Assembly (NCBI GenBank): GCA_037131675.1 | Contig: JBAXQO010000002.1 | Coordinates: forward strand, 15,166-79,165 | From: a bacterium | Lineage (GTDB): Bacteria > Patescibacteriota > Minisyncoccia > Phycocordibacterales > CAIZIN01 | Length of the DNA stretch: 64,000 nt | Direction: 5' to 3' | In this document: piece by piece, positions 9,047 through 17,494 of the stretch | How the letters are laid out: the number at the start of each line of letters is the position of its first letter | How positions within the stretch are numbered: the stretch's first letter is position 1 | The notes under the pieces: generated by a model | Database searches by the model: none | Told to the model about the DNA's origin: nothing | What the model saw: only the letters and a program-made list of their open reading frames with translations | Made by a program: the position numbers and the translations under genes

Positions 9047-10532
9047 AGAGAAAATAATAATAGTAGGTGCGGGTCCGGGTGGACTTTCTGCTGGTATGCT
9101 TCTAGCTCACCAAGGTTTTGATGTTCATGTTTTTGAAAAAGAATCTACTCCAGGAGGTCGTTCAAGACAGCTTGTACTTGGAGAATATAAATTTGATTAT
9201 GGTCCAACTTTTTTTATGATGGATTTTGTTGCTCGTGAGATATTCAAACAAACAGGTAGAAATTTAGAAGACTATGTTACCTTGTCTCGACTCTCTCCTA
9301 TGTATAAACTTCTATTTGCAGATAAACAAATAGATGTCTATGAAGAAGACGAAAAGATGATGGAAGAACTAGCGAAAGTATTTCCAGGTGAAGAAGAAGG
9401 ACTTCCACTATTTAATCAAAAGGAAAAGAAGAGACTTGAGTATCTTTATCCTATATTAGCTCGGAACAACAACAATATTTTCGATGCATTACGTCCTAGT
9501 TTTTTACGTACGTTACCATATTTTGCTATTGGTAGGACACTATTTCAAGTGTTGGGTAAATACTTCAAGCAACCAGAAGCCCGCCTATGCTTTACGTTCC
9601 AATCTAAATATCTTGGCATGTCTCCATGGGAATGTCCGGGTGCGTTTGCGATGGTTCCTTATGTTGAACAACAATTCGGAATTTATCATGTGAAAGGTGG
9701 TCTTTCAGAAGTAGCTTCTGCAATGGCAAAAGTTGTTACAGAAGAAGGAGGTAATATTCACTATAATTCAAAAATAAAAGAAATTATTGTTGAAGGAAAA
9801 ACTGCAAAAGGTGTCGTGCTTGAAAATGGTGAACGTGTTATGGGGGATAAGGTTATCATCAATGCAGACTTTGCTTATGCAATGAACAACTTATTACCAA
9901 AAGGAAAACTTAAGAAATATTCACCATCCAACCTCGCAAAGAAAAAGTATTCCTGCTCAATATTTATGCTTTATCTTGGGGTGAAAAAACAATACAATCT
10001 AAATCACCACACTATCGCTTTTGCTAAAGACTATGAAAAGAACGTCGGAGACATATTTCATGGAAGACTTACTGATAAAGATTTCTCGGTGTATGTTCGT
10101 GATGCAAGTAAAACTGATTCAACATTGTCACCAGAAGGAAAATCAGGGCTTTACGTTCTTGTTCCAGTACCAAACAATCAATCAGGAATCGACTGGAAAA
10201 CACAATCTAAAATCCTTCGTGAACAAACTCTAGATATTTTAGAAAAGAGATTCGGTCTTACTGACATTAGGGAAAATATTGAAGTTGAAAAAATCCTTAC
10301 ACCTGCTGATTGGGAAAATGACTTTAATGTTCAGTATGGTGCGGTATTTAATTTAGGACATCAACTACGACAGATGCTTTGGTTTCGTCCACACAATCAA
10401 TTTGAAGAGTTGAAAAATGTTTACTTAGTGGGTGGTGGGACGCATCCAGGTAGTGGATTGCCTACTATTTACGAGTCTGGTCGCATAGTAGCAAATCTTA
10501 TTTCAAAGAGTTTGAATAATAAAAAAGATTAA
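9030..10532 (+). CDS. FAD-dependent oxidoreductase, phytoene desaturase (CrtI/CrtN) family, second paralogue
   Basis: IIIVGAGPGGLSAG...EKESTPGGR and a GPTFFMM motif. It overlaps the upstream paralogue by 17 nt. Confidence 0.7.
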   Translation: MENKNKEKIIIVGAGPGGLSAGMLLAHQGFDVHVFEKESTPGGRSRQLVLGEYKFDYGPTFFMMDFVAREIFKQTGRNLEDYVTLSRLSPMYKLLFADKQIDVYEEDEKMMEELAKVFPGEEEGLPLFNQKEKKRLEYLYPILARNNNNIFDALRPSFLRTLPYFAIGRTLFQVLGKYFKQPEARLCFTFQSKYLGMSPWECPGAFAMVPYVEQQFGIYHVKGGLSEVASAMAKVVTEEGGNIHYNSKIKEIIVEGKTAKGVVLENGERVMGDKVIINADFAYAMNNLLPKGKLKKYSPSNLAKKKYSCSIFMLYLGVKKQYNLNHHTIAFAKDYEKNVGDIFHGRLTDKDFSVYVRDASKTDSTLSPEGKSGLYVLVPVPNNQSGIDWKTQSKILREQTLDILEKRFGLTDIRENIEVEKILTPADWENDFNVQYGAVFNLGHQLRQMLWFRPHNQFEELKNVYLVGGGTHPGSGLPTIYESGRIVANLISKSLNNKKD

Positions 10533-10637
10533 CGTTACTGAATTTAAACACATACTTTTAAAAATTACTTTAGTATTTTTGGTTAAGTTAAATTCCCGTA
10601 AGGGATGCTAAATTCTGGTAACAAAAAAGACTTAAAA

Positions 10638-10671
10638 TTAACCCTTCTCGTGCTAGCACGAGAAGGGTTAA
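10638..10671. terminator. 34-bp perfect palindrome, a probable bidirectional terminator hairpin
   Basis: ttaacccttctcgtgct | agcacgagaagggttaa forms a perfect 17-bp-arm palindrome, preceded by an A-run and followed by tctgttattctt. Confidence 0.45.
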
Positions 10672-10721
10672 TCTGTTATTCTTACAGACATTGAACTTTT
10701 GTCGGATTAAGTTTTTATCTA

Positions 10722-11837
10722 ATGGAATCAAAAAAACATATATTAATTTCTGCATTTTTTGTTACGGCTGTTTTGTTTGTTTGCGTTTTTTCGTCTATTA
10801 GTAAACCATATTCACTTGGGTCATATTTCAGTAACAAAATTATCAATTCTCAATTATTAGCACCCAAAAAAGACCCCCTCGGAAATGTTCTATATAAAGG
10901 AACGATTTATCATATTTTCTTTCATAGTCTAATCGTATATCCAGAGCTTGCATTTAATGGTAATAAAAACCAAGGTTTGTATGAAAACTATATGATCACT
11001 CGGGATGAATTTAATAAAATCCTGCCTGAATTATATAAAAATAATTTTGTTTTAATTGATATAAATTCAATTTACAAGATAAATAAAGACGGAACTGTTG
11101 TTAGGAAACCGATTTATATTCCAAAAGGCAAAAAACCATTAATCATTTCTATTGATGACCTTTCGTATTATAGAGGAATGCAAGGACATGGTTTTGCAAA
11201 TAAACTTGTGCTAGATGAAAATGGAAATGTGGCTACGGAAGTTATTACACCAAAAGGTGAGACTGTAGTCACTCACGATGGCGATGTTGTTCCGATTCTA
11301 GATGCTTTTGTTGCAGATCATCCAGATTTCTCAATGGGCGGTGCAAAGGGTACGATTGCGCTCACTGGGTATGAAGGGGTTCTTGGTTATCGTACTGAGG
11401 CAACGACTTCTAAAAGCTATTTACAAGATATTCAATCGGCAAAAAATATAATTGATAAGTTGAAATCAACCGGTTGGAGTTTTGCAAGTCATAGTTACTC
11501 ACATGATCAATCTTTTATAAACAAAACTATTTCTCTTGAGAATCTTAAAAAAGACTCTGAACGGTGGGATAGGGAGGTAAAACCTTTGGTGGGGGATACA
11601 AATATTTTTATTGGTCCTTTTGGGCAGGTTTTCAGTCAAGGTGATCCACGTCGAGCGTATCTGGTCTCGAAAGGTTTCAAAGTTTTGTGTGGAGTTGGTG
11701 TAAATCCATATCTTCGCTATTTTTCTGATTATGTCGCAATGGATAGAGCGGATATTGACGGCTATCGGTTCAGTCATACTGCCAACCTTTTAAAGACGTA
11801 TTTTGATCCGAAGGTTACTGTAGATAGTAGGAAATAA
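10722..11837 (+). CDS. polysaccharide deacetylase (NodB-like) family membrane-anchored protein
   Basis: N-terminal TM helix; NodB motifs IISIDDLSYY (motif 1) and FASHSYSHD (His-His motif). Confidence 0.6.
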   Translation: MESKKHILISAFFVTAVLFVCVFSSISKPYSLGSYFSNKIINSQLLAPKKDPLGNVLYKGTIYHIFFHSLIVYPELAFNGNKNQGLYENYMITRDEFNKILPELYKNNFVLIDINSIYKINKDGTVVRKPIYIPKGKKPLIISIDDLSYYRGMQGHGFANKLVLDENGNVATEVITPKGETVVTHDGDVVPILDAFVADHPDFSMGGAKGTIALTGYEGVLGYRTEATTSKSYLQDIQSAKNIIDKLKSTGWSFASHSYSHDQSFINKTISLENLKKDSERWDREVKPLVGDTNIFIGPFGQVFSQGDPRRAYLVSKGFKVLCGVGVNPYLRYFSDYVAMDRADIDGYRFSHTANLLKTYFDPKVTVDSRK

Positions 11838-11857
11838 AATAAACAGTGGTTTATTTT
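11836..11857. terminator. AT-rich hairpin between convergent genes
   Basis: aaaataaac-agtg-gtttatttt is a perfect 9-bp stem flanked by A/T runs. Confidence 0.4.
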
Positions 11858-11869
11858 ATTTGTTTCAGA

Positions 11870-13093
11870 CTATCTAAATATTTGGCGCTGTAGTGAAAGA
11901 TAAGTTGCTACTATTATTCCCACAAACCCTAGAGCAATGAATGAATGCGCAAATCCTAGATATTGCGCCATATACCCACCAACAATAGGCCCTCCTGTGT
12001 CACCAAAATTTGTAAATAGATCCTGAAGGGTTTCTGTTTCTTTTCGAAGGGTTGGAGTTTTTTCAATGTATTCTGCGTACATGGCGTTTATGGCTGGCCA
12101 ACCTATTGCAAAGAAAAATGATGCAATAAAGATTGAAAAAACCAAAAGGATAGGTGAAGTTATAAAACCAACAATAACAAGAATGATCGAGCCGAGTGCG
12201 ATTGATCCATGAGCTGTATGTATGTTTCCAAATTTTCTAGCAACAAAACCAACACTCCATCCTACGAGAATTGGAGGAAGTGCATAGGCTGTCATAAACA
12301 CACCTCCAGGTATGTTGTTTACTGATCCGAAATTTTCTGAAAACAATGGACCAAAAGTCCAAATTGCTGCATCTAAAAGATTAATGATGAGTGTGAGTAA
12401 TAAGATGGGGAAAATGGTTGACCAGATATTTTTCCAAAGACTGATTTCTTTAAAAAAACTAAGTGCATCTTTTCGGGCTACCCCAGAGTATTCCTTTCTT
12501 TCTGTAGAAGAATGTCTGATTCTAATATAAAAGAAGAAAGAGATAATAAGCGGTATTGATAAAACAAGAATCATTTTTGGTCCTGGATGTACAATGAGAA
12601 GAAGTAAGCTGCCCAGAAAAGGAGCAATAAAATATCCTAATCCTTCAAATGAACGAAGAATACCAAAATTAGATGTGTGTTGTTCTGGGTTATTTGTGCG
12701 TTCAACAAAATCAAGTGTGCCAATGTTGTAGAAATTATAATAAAACCCCCACACAGCCATTGTGAGAAAATAAATAGTTACGGTATTTCCACCAAACAAA
12801 AAGATTGGGAATAACATTGAGAGAACGAACATAAAAAGAAACATGCTTCTGTAATGTGTTGATTTGAGCGTTCTACACAGGATGATATCAAAAAGCATTC
12901 CAGCTATTGATGATGATCCCAGTATGAGACCCATAAGACTTTCAGAAATTCCTGAGTTGGAAATTGTAATGGGGGAAAGATACATGAGTATCCCGTCAAA
13001 AATTACGAAAAAGAAAACCATCATCCCCGCTGTGAAGATTTTAGAATTTATTCTGTGTTTAGAAACCTCAGATTGAAGCCTGTGAAGTATCAT
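11870..13093 (-). CDS. MFS transporter (12-TM)
   Basis: 407 aa with about 12 hydrophobic segments and an MFS-like loop motif region. Confidence 0.7.
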   Translation of the reverse strand: MILHRLQSEVSKHRINSKIFTAGMMVFFFVIFDGILMYLSPITISNSGISESLMGLILGSSSIAGMLFDIILCRTLKSTHYRSMFLFMFVLSMLFPIFLFGGNTVTIYFLTMAVWGFYYNFYNIGTLDFVERTNNPEQHTSNFGILRSFEGLGYFIAPFLGSLLLLIVHPGPKMILVLSIPLIISFFFYIRIRHSSTERKEYSGVARKDALSFFKEISLWKNIWSTIFPILLLTLIINLLDAAIWTFGPLFSENFGSVNNIPGGVFMTAYALPPILVGWSVGFVARKFGNIHTAHGSIALGSIILVIVGFITSPILLVFSIFIASFFFAIGWPAINAMYAEYIEKTPTLRKETETLQDLFTNFGDTGGPIVGGYMAQYLGFAHSFIALGFVGIIVATYLSLQRQIFR

Positions 13094-13097
13094 TTAT

Positions 13098-13373
13098 TTA
13101 TTGTCCAATTGGTCTAGGAGAGCTTGGCGGATTATTAGGGTCTATGAGAGGGGCACTAAGTATTTTTTCTTTAAGAGCCACTTTCTTGGCTGATTTCTTT
13201 GCGATTTTCTTTGCCTTCTTTTTTACAACTGGTTTTTTGACTGTTTTGTGTTTTTTAACTAATGCTTTGGAAATTGTTTTTGGAGTAGACGTTGCTGAGG
13301 CAAGTACTACGAAAGGACTAGAACTTATAAAAAAGGCTATGAGCACAAAAGCTAAAATTGTTATTTTTTTCAT
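13098..13373 (-). CDS. small secreted lysine-rich (histone-H1-like tail) protein
   Basis: The internal Met gives the signal peptide MKKITILAFVLIAFFISSSPFVVLASA, then the repeats KKHKTVKKPVVKKKAKKIAKKSAKKVALKEK. The longer ORF from 13499 lacks a signal-peptide start. Confidence 0.45.
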   Translation of the reverse strand: MKKITILAFVLIAFFISSSPFVVLASATSTPKTISKALVKKHKTVKKPVVKKKAKKIAKKSAKKVALKEKILSAPLIDPNNPPSSPRPIGQ

Positions 13374-13615
13374 GATTGCAATTATAACATAGAGCATGAA
13401 TGAGTTCGATTCCTCGAAGGGTGCTAGTTTTTTGATACTAAAAAGGCTTGATAATAAGCTTTTTCGTGCTAGTAGGGGTTGATGGTGTTTCGTTGACATT
13501 TAAATCCTCAAGAGTAATATCGCGAATGGTTCTACTTGATGGATACGTCTTGAAAAGTAGAGTTCATTAAATAAAAACCGCGTATATACGCACAACAAAG
13601 AAAGGAAACGAGATT

Positions 13616-14200
13616 ATGGATACGTCCAACACATCTCAATCGTCAGTCAATGCAGCAGACTTCCTGGTGGAAGTTGAGAGAAAACTCAGGAAAAACTTCA
13701 AGGACTTGCCATTCAAGAGGCTCGGGGACTACCTTGGGGTTTTCGAAAAGATGCTCGATCGACGTTACCATTTTTCTTATGGTCGCACGATCGGTTCCTT
13801 GAATCAGTCTCTTGATGATATGGTATTTGTAATACCAATAATCGAGACACCCACCACCTATCGGAACGGTTCCTTGAAGAGGTTGGAGGTGGTGCAGTTG
13901 GTTCTTGAGAGGAGGCTTTGTGGGGGAGAACATGGTTGTTGGAACATACATAGGGCAAAATTTGTTCAGGTATATCCAGACACTATTCCTACAGAGTTTA
14001 ATTCCTCGAGTTCCTCAATTACTTCATGTCATAGTCCTCATGAATTTAAGGTGGAGCTTGTCAGGATTAAATTGCCCCCCAACTTTACCGAAATGGTAAA
14101 TTCTGCCATTTGTAAATGGATAGAGAATTCCATCGAAAAAAGGCGACAGACGAATCAGTCGCTCGGAAAGCTCAAAGGAGAGTTTTCAACAAAGAAATAA
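13616..14200 (+). CDS. hypothetical protein in a GC-elevated block
   Basis: 194-aa ORF with RBS aaaggaaacgagatt. GC is roughly 48%, with shadow ORFs on the opposite strand typical of higher-GC DNA. It has its own terminator. Confidence 0.5.
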   Translation: MDTSNTSQSSVNAADFLVEVERKLRKNFKDLPFKRLGDYLGVFEKMLDRRYHFSYGRTIGSLNQSLDDMVFVIPIIETPTTYRNGSLKRLEVVQLVLERRLCGGEHGCWNIHRAKFVQVYPDTIPTEFNSSSSSITSCHSPHEFKVELVRIKLPPNFTEMVNSAICKWIENSIEKRRQTNQSLGKLKGEFSTKK

Positions 14201-14217
14201 TTCCTTTTTACAATACC

Positions 14218-14257
14218 AAAACCCTTGTCGTGAAAGCGACAAGGGTTTTTATTTTTT
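14218..14257 (+). terminator. rho-independent terminator
   Basis: aaacccttgtcg-tgaaag-cgacaagggttt followed by a T-run. Confidence 0.7.
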
Positions 14258-14285
14258 AAGACTATTTAATTTATTAGTTGTTGAA

Positions 14286-14359
14286 GGTGACCTTACGGGG
14301 AATCGAACCCCGATTTAAGCCTTGAGAAGGCTCCGTCCTAACCGTTAGACGATAAGGCC
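14286..14359 (-). tRNA. tRNA-Glu (anticodon CUC)
   Basis: Hand-folded cloverleaf: acceptor GGCCTTA/TAAGGTC, D-arm GTCT..GGAC, anticodon stem GAGCC/GGCTT with loop TTCTCAA, and T-arm CGGGG-TTCGATT-CCCCG. Discriminator A and CC are encoded. A TATAAT -10 lies about 11 bp upstream on the minus strand. Confidence 0.85.
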
Positions 14360-14454
14360 AATACGAGGCATTATAGAGTAAGGGGAAGAAAAAATCTAGT
14401 CTTTATTTGGGTTAGGTGATTGCTCAGGGATTTGCTTGGTGGTAAAATCCACCA

Positions 14455-15078
14455 ATGAAGAATACAACTAAAAAACCTACTAAAAAGGTGGTAAAGGAAG
14501 ATTTGACTTCCACTGCAGATTTTTTATTCGAAGCAGGAATGTTGGCTAAAACTCCAAGAAGTTGGGCTGGTTTTTTGGGAAGCGGTGACCAGAGTGTTGC
14601 AGAGCATACAAACCGTACAACATATATTGGGTTTGTTTTGTCGCATATGATAAAAGGTGTGGATGTGGCAAAGGTTGTGCAGATGTGTATGTTTCATGAT
14701 TTTTCTGAAGCACGAATTTCAGACTTGAATTATGTTCATCAAAAATATACAGAAAGATTAGAGCATAAAGCATTAGAAGATTTGGTGGCTAGTGTTCCTT
14801 TTGGGCAATCAATCAAAGCTATCATAGAAGAATATGAGGAAAGAAAAACTTTGGAATCGATTGTTGCAAAAGAAACGGATAACCTTGAATTTATCCTTAC
14901 TCTAAAAGAACAAAAAGACGCAGGTAACGAGCGTGCAGCTTCATGGATTCCATCTGCTGTTAAAAGACTAAAACTAAAAGAGTCCCAAGCTCTTGCTGCT
15001 ACGATTATAAAAACAGAATCTGATCATTGGTGGTTTGGTGATAAGGGTGATGAGTGGTGGGTAAGTAGGAATAAGTAA
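14455..15078 (+). CDS. HD-domain phosphohydrolase (YfbR-like 5'-deoxynucleotidase family)
   Basis: H...HD signature: AEHTNR ... MFHDFSEARISD. Confidence 0.7.
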   Translation: MKNTTKKPTKKVVKEDLTSTADFLFEAGMLAKTPRSWAGFLGSGDQSVAEHTNRTTYIGFVLSHMIKGVDVAKVVQMCMFHDFSEARISDLNYVHQKYTERLEHKALEDLVASVPFGQSIKAIIEEYEERKTLESIVAKETDNLEFILTLKEQKDAGNERAASWIPSAVKRLKLKESQALAATIIKTESDHWWFGDKGDEWWVSRNK

Positions 15079-15180
15079 TGTCCATTGTTTGTTGCAAGCT
15101 TTTCACTTGGGGTTATTGGTTCTTGGTTGGTTCTAATCTTGAAACTTATCTATAAATAGTTTTTGTGAGATAATAAACAT

Positions 15181-15774
15181 ATGATTGTCGTTGATGTTGA
15201 GACAACCGGTGTGGACCCAGATCGTCACTCGATAGTATCTATCGGTGCGGTGGATTTTTTGCATCCAGAAAGGAGGTTTTATGAGGAGTGTCGGATATGG
15301 GACGGTGCAATCATTTCTGATGAAGCGCTTGCAATAAATGGTTATACTCGTGAAGAAGTTACTGATATTAAAAAACAAAGCCTTGAAGAAATATTAAAAA
15401 AATTCTTTATGTGGGTTGAGGAGAGCGAGGGGCATACAATAATGGTTCTCCATCCAATTTTTGATTTATCTTTTTTAGATGAGAGCGCTGAGCGATACCA
15501 CCTACAACTTCCTTTTCCGAAACGTTCACTCGATTTACATTCGATTTGTTTTGCTCATATGATTAAAGGCGGTCTTATTCCACCTATTATAAATAAACAC
15601 AGTGCTGTAAATTCTGATCTAATAATGCAATATGTGGGAATTCCAACAGAACCAAAACCTCACATTGCTCTCAATGGCGCTCTCTATGAAGCCGAGGCAT
15701 TTAGTCGGCTTCTGTATGATAAAAACCTTTTGCCAGAATTTGCGGAATATCCCTTACCTTGGTTAAAAAGGTAA
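15181..15774 (+). CDS. DEDD-family 3'-5' exonuclease (DnaQ-like)
   Basis: Exo I VVDVETTG and Exo II HPIFDLSFL motifs. The Exo III region reads HIALNGALYE. Confidence 0.65.
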   Translation: MIVVDVETTGVDPDRHSIVSIGAVDFLHPERRFYEECRIWDGAIISDEALAINGYTREEVTDIKKQSLEEILKKFFMWVEESEGHTIMVLHPIFDLSFLDESAERYHLQLPFPKRSLDLHSICFAHMIKGGLIPPIINKHSAVNSDLIMQYVGIPTEPKPHIALNGALYEAEAFSRLLYDKNLLPEFAEYPLPWLKR

Positions 15775-15813
15775 GTTTGAAGATGTTTAAAAACCTGATA
15801 TAGTATACAAACT

Positions 15814-16035
15814 ATGTGGAATTTTATAATGAAACAAGCGATGAAATCGCAATTAAAAAATGTGCCAAAGGATCAGCAGGAAAAAATAATGGCTCTTATT
15901 GATAAAAATCCTGAATTTTTTACACAGCTTGCAGAAAAGATTAAGAAGAAAGTTGATAGTGGGAAACCTCAGATGGCGGCTGTGATGGAGGTGATGCAGG
16001 AAAATAAAGAAGAATTGCAGAAAATGATGAGGTAA
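15814..16035 (+). CDS. small Met/Lys-rich helical protein, hypothetical
   Basis: 73-aa ORF in operon position between the exonuclease and the flavodoxin-like gene. Confidence 0.4.
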   Translation: MWNFIMKQAMKSQLKNVPKDQQEKIMALIDKNPEFFTQLAEKIKKKVDSGKPQMAAVMEVMQENKEELQKMMR

Positions 16036-16054
16036 AAGAACGCTCAATATAGCC

Positions 16055-16131
16055 TTTCTGGAACACGAAAATTTTTTACTAAAAATTTTCTCTGTCCGCT
16101 GCCGTTGGTACAAGACCACTTCTTGTTTCCT
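16055..16131 (+). repeat. copy A of a ~76-nt repeated intergenic element
   Basis: The 44-nt core tttctggaacacgaaaattttttactaaaaattttctctgtccg matches the reverse complement of 33935-33979 at 42/44. Both copies end in a GTTTCCT-containing tail, and the core contains a 10-bp AT hairpin gaaaattttt/aaaaattttc. Confidence 0.6.
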
Positions 16132-16211
16132 AATTCGTTTCACTTATAAGTAAACAAAGTCGCGCAGCTACCAAGTTTCCATAAAGGGTATATTTCGCTA
16201 TAATGGTAGAT

Positions 16212-16787
16212 ATGAAAAAAATTTTTATATTACTTGGCCACCCAAATAACGAGGATACTTTTAATAAATCTCTTGCTGATGCATATGAGAAAGGTGCAAA
16301 GGAGGCTGGTCACGAGGTGAGGAGAATGAACTTAGGTGATATGCAGTTCGACTCAGTTTTACATAAGGGATATAAAGTAATTCAGCAACTTGAGCCAGAT
16401 CTTTTGGTGTTTCAAGAAAATATAAAATGGTGCGAACATTTTGTTGTAATATACCCAACCTGGTGGACTTCTATGCCTGCTCAGCTCAAGGGTCTTTTTG
16501 ATCGAGCTTGGATTTCTGGTTTTGCCTTTAGATTCAAGCCGAGTGGTTTGTGGAGTAAACTTCTCGTTGGGCGATCTGCTCACGTATTTACAACCATGGG
16601 TGCTCCTGCAATTGCTGAGTGTTTTTTCTTTGGTAATGTAACTCGTTTGCTTAAAAATAATTTATTAAAATTTGCTGGATTTTCTCCTGTTTGCGCAACA
16701 TGGATAGGGAACGCAGAAAAAATGAAAATTGAAAAGCGACAGAGGTGGTTTGCGAAAATGGAAAAGCTGGGAAGGGGAGGAAAATAA
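16212..16787 (+). CDS. flavodoxin-like fold NAD(P)H-dependent oxidoreductase (NQO1/Flavodoxin_2 family)
   Basis: MKKIFILLGHPNNEDTFNKSLADAY is the typical N-terminus of the family. A TATAAT lies at 16197-16202. Confidence 0.65.
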   Translation: MKKIFILLGHPNNEDTFNKSLADAYEKGAKEAGHEVRRMNLGDMQFDSVLHKGYKVIQQLEPDLLVFQENIKWCEHFVVIYPTWWTSMPAQLKGLFDRAWISGFAFRFKPSGLWSKLLVGRSAHVFTTMGAPAIAECFFFGNVTRLLKNNLLKFAGFSPVCATWIGNAEKMKIEKRQRWFAKMEKLGRGGK

Positions 16788-16793
16788 AAAGAA

Positions 16794-16820
16794 AAGACCA
16801 ACGGATTGAACGCTGGTCTT
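16794..16820. terminator. hairpin between convergent genes
   Basis: aagacca-13 nt loop-tggtctt. Confidence 0.45.
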
Positions 16821-16825
16821 ACTGT

Positions 16826-17377
16826 TTACTTTTTTCTACATTGTATTGGCACTATGCACAACCCCAAGGCTTCGTAGATAAGAGCGTAAGGAATTTTCCA
16901 CCATTTTATAATTGAGCGTGTTGGTACCGGGTACTGTGGAGCTTTTATTTGGTAAAAATGTCTCACACAATATCCAATCAAGCATGCTCGCCATACGTGG
17001 AACCAACGAGAGCAAACAAAGATTTTTTCAGCCTTGGTCTCTGTTGCTTCCTCATAAAGACTGATGGTTTCATATGCCGCCCTCATTTCACCATGAGTCT
17101 TGAATATTTCAGCTTTGTTAGCAAAAACATTGAATGAGGGAATCCCTTGTGCCACGAGATATTCCTTCATTCGGTCACACATTATCGTGTTGCCTTCCTT
17201 GGAAGATTTTCCTGCTGTTACGATGATGTACACCTCTTTATTGCGTCCTTTTGTGAGTTCGCGAAAAAGTTCTATTGCTTTGTCGAGCGGTGGGGTGGTG
17301 TCATCTTTTTTAGTACACACCCACTTGTCACCGACTTTTGTTAAGTTGCAGGCTAGTACAGCAATAAACATTGCCAC
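16826..17377 (-). CDS. YdcF/ElyC (DUF218) family protein
   Basis: GIPSFNVFANKAEIFKTHGEMRAAYE resembles the DUF218 GIP...E..S.NT.ENA core. Confidence 0.5.
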   Translation of the reverse strand: MAMFIAVLACNLTKVGDKWVCTKKDDTTPPLDKAIELFRELTKGRNKEVYIIVTAGKSSKEGNTIMCDRMKEYLVAQGIPSFNVFANKAEIFKTHGEMRAAYETISLYEEATETKAEKIFVCSRWFHVWRACLIGYCVRHFYQIKAPQYPVPTRSIIKWWKIPYALIYEALGLCIVPIQCRKK

Positions 17378-17494
17378 AAGCCACCTCCTTTCTATTGGTT
17401 AAGGTTCAATTTTCTACTAATAAAACTATATCACATTTTTTGTATTTAATCAAATCATTTCAAAAAAAATGAATTTAAGGTATTATTCCCATCT

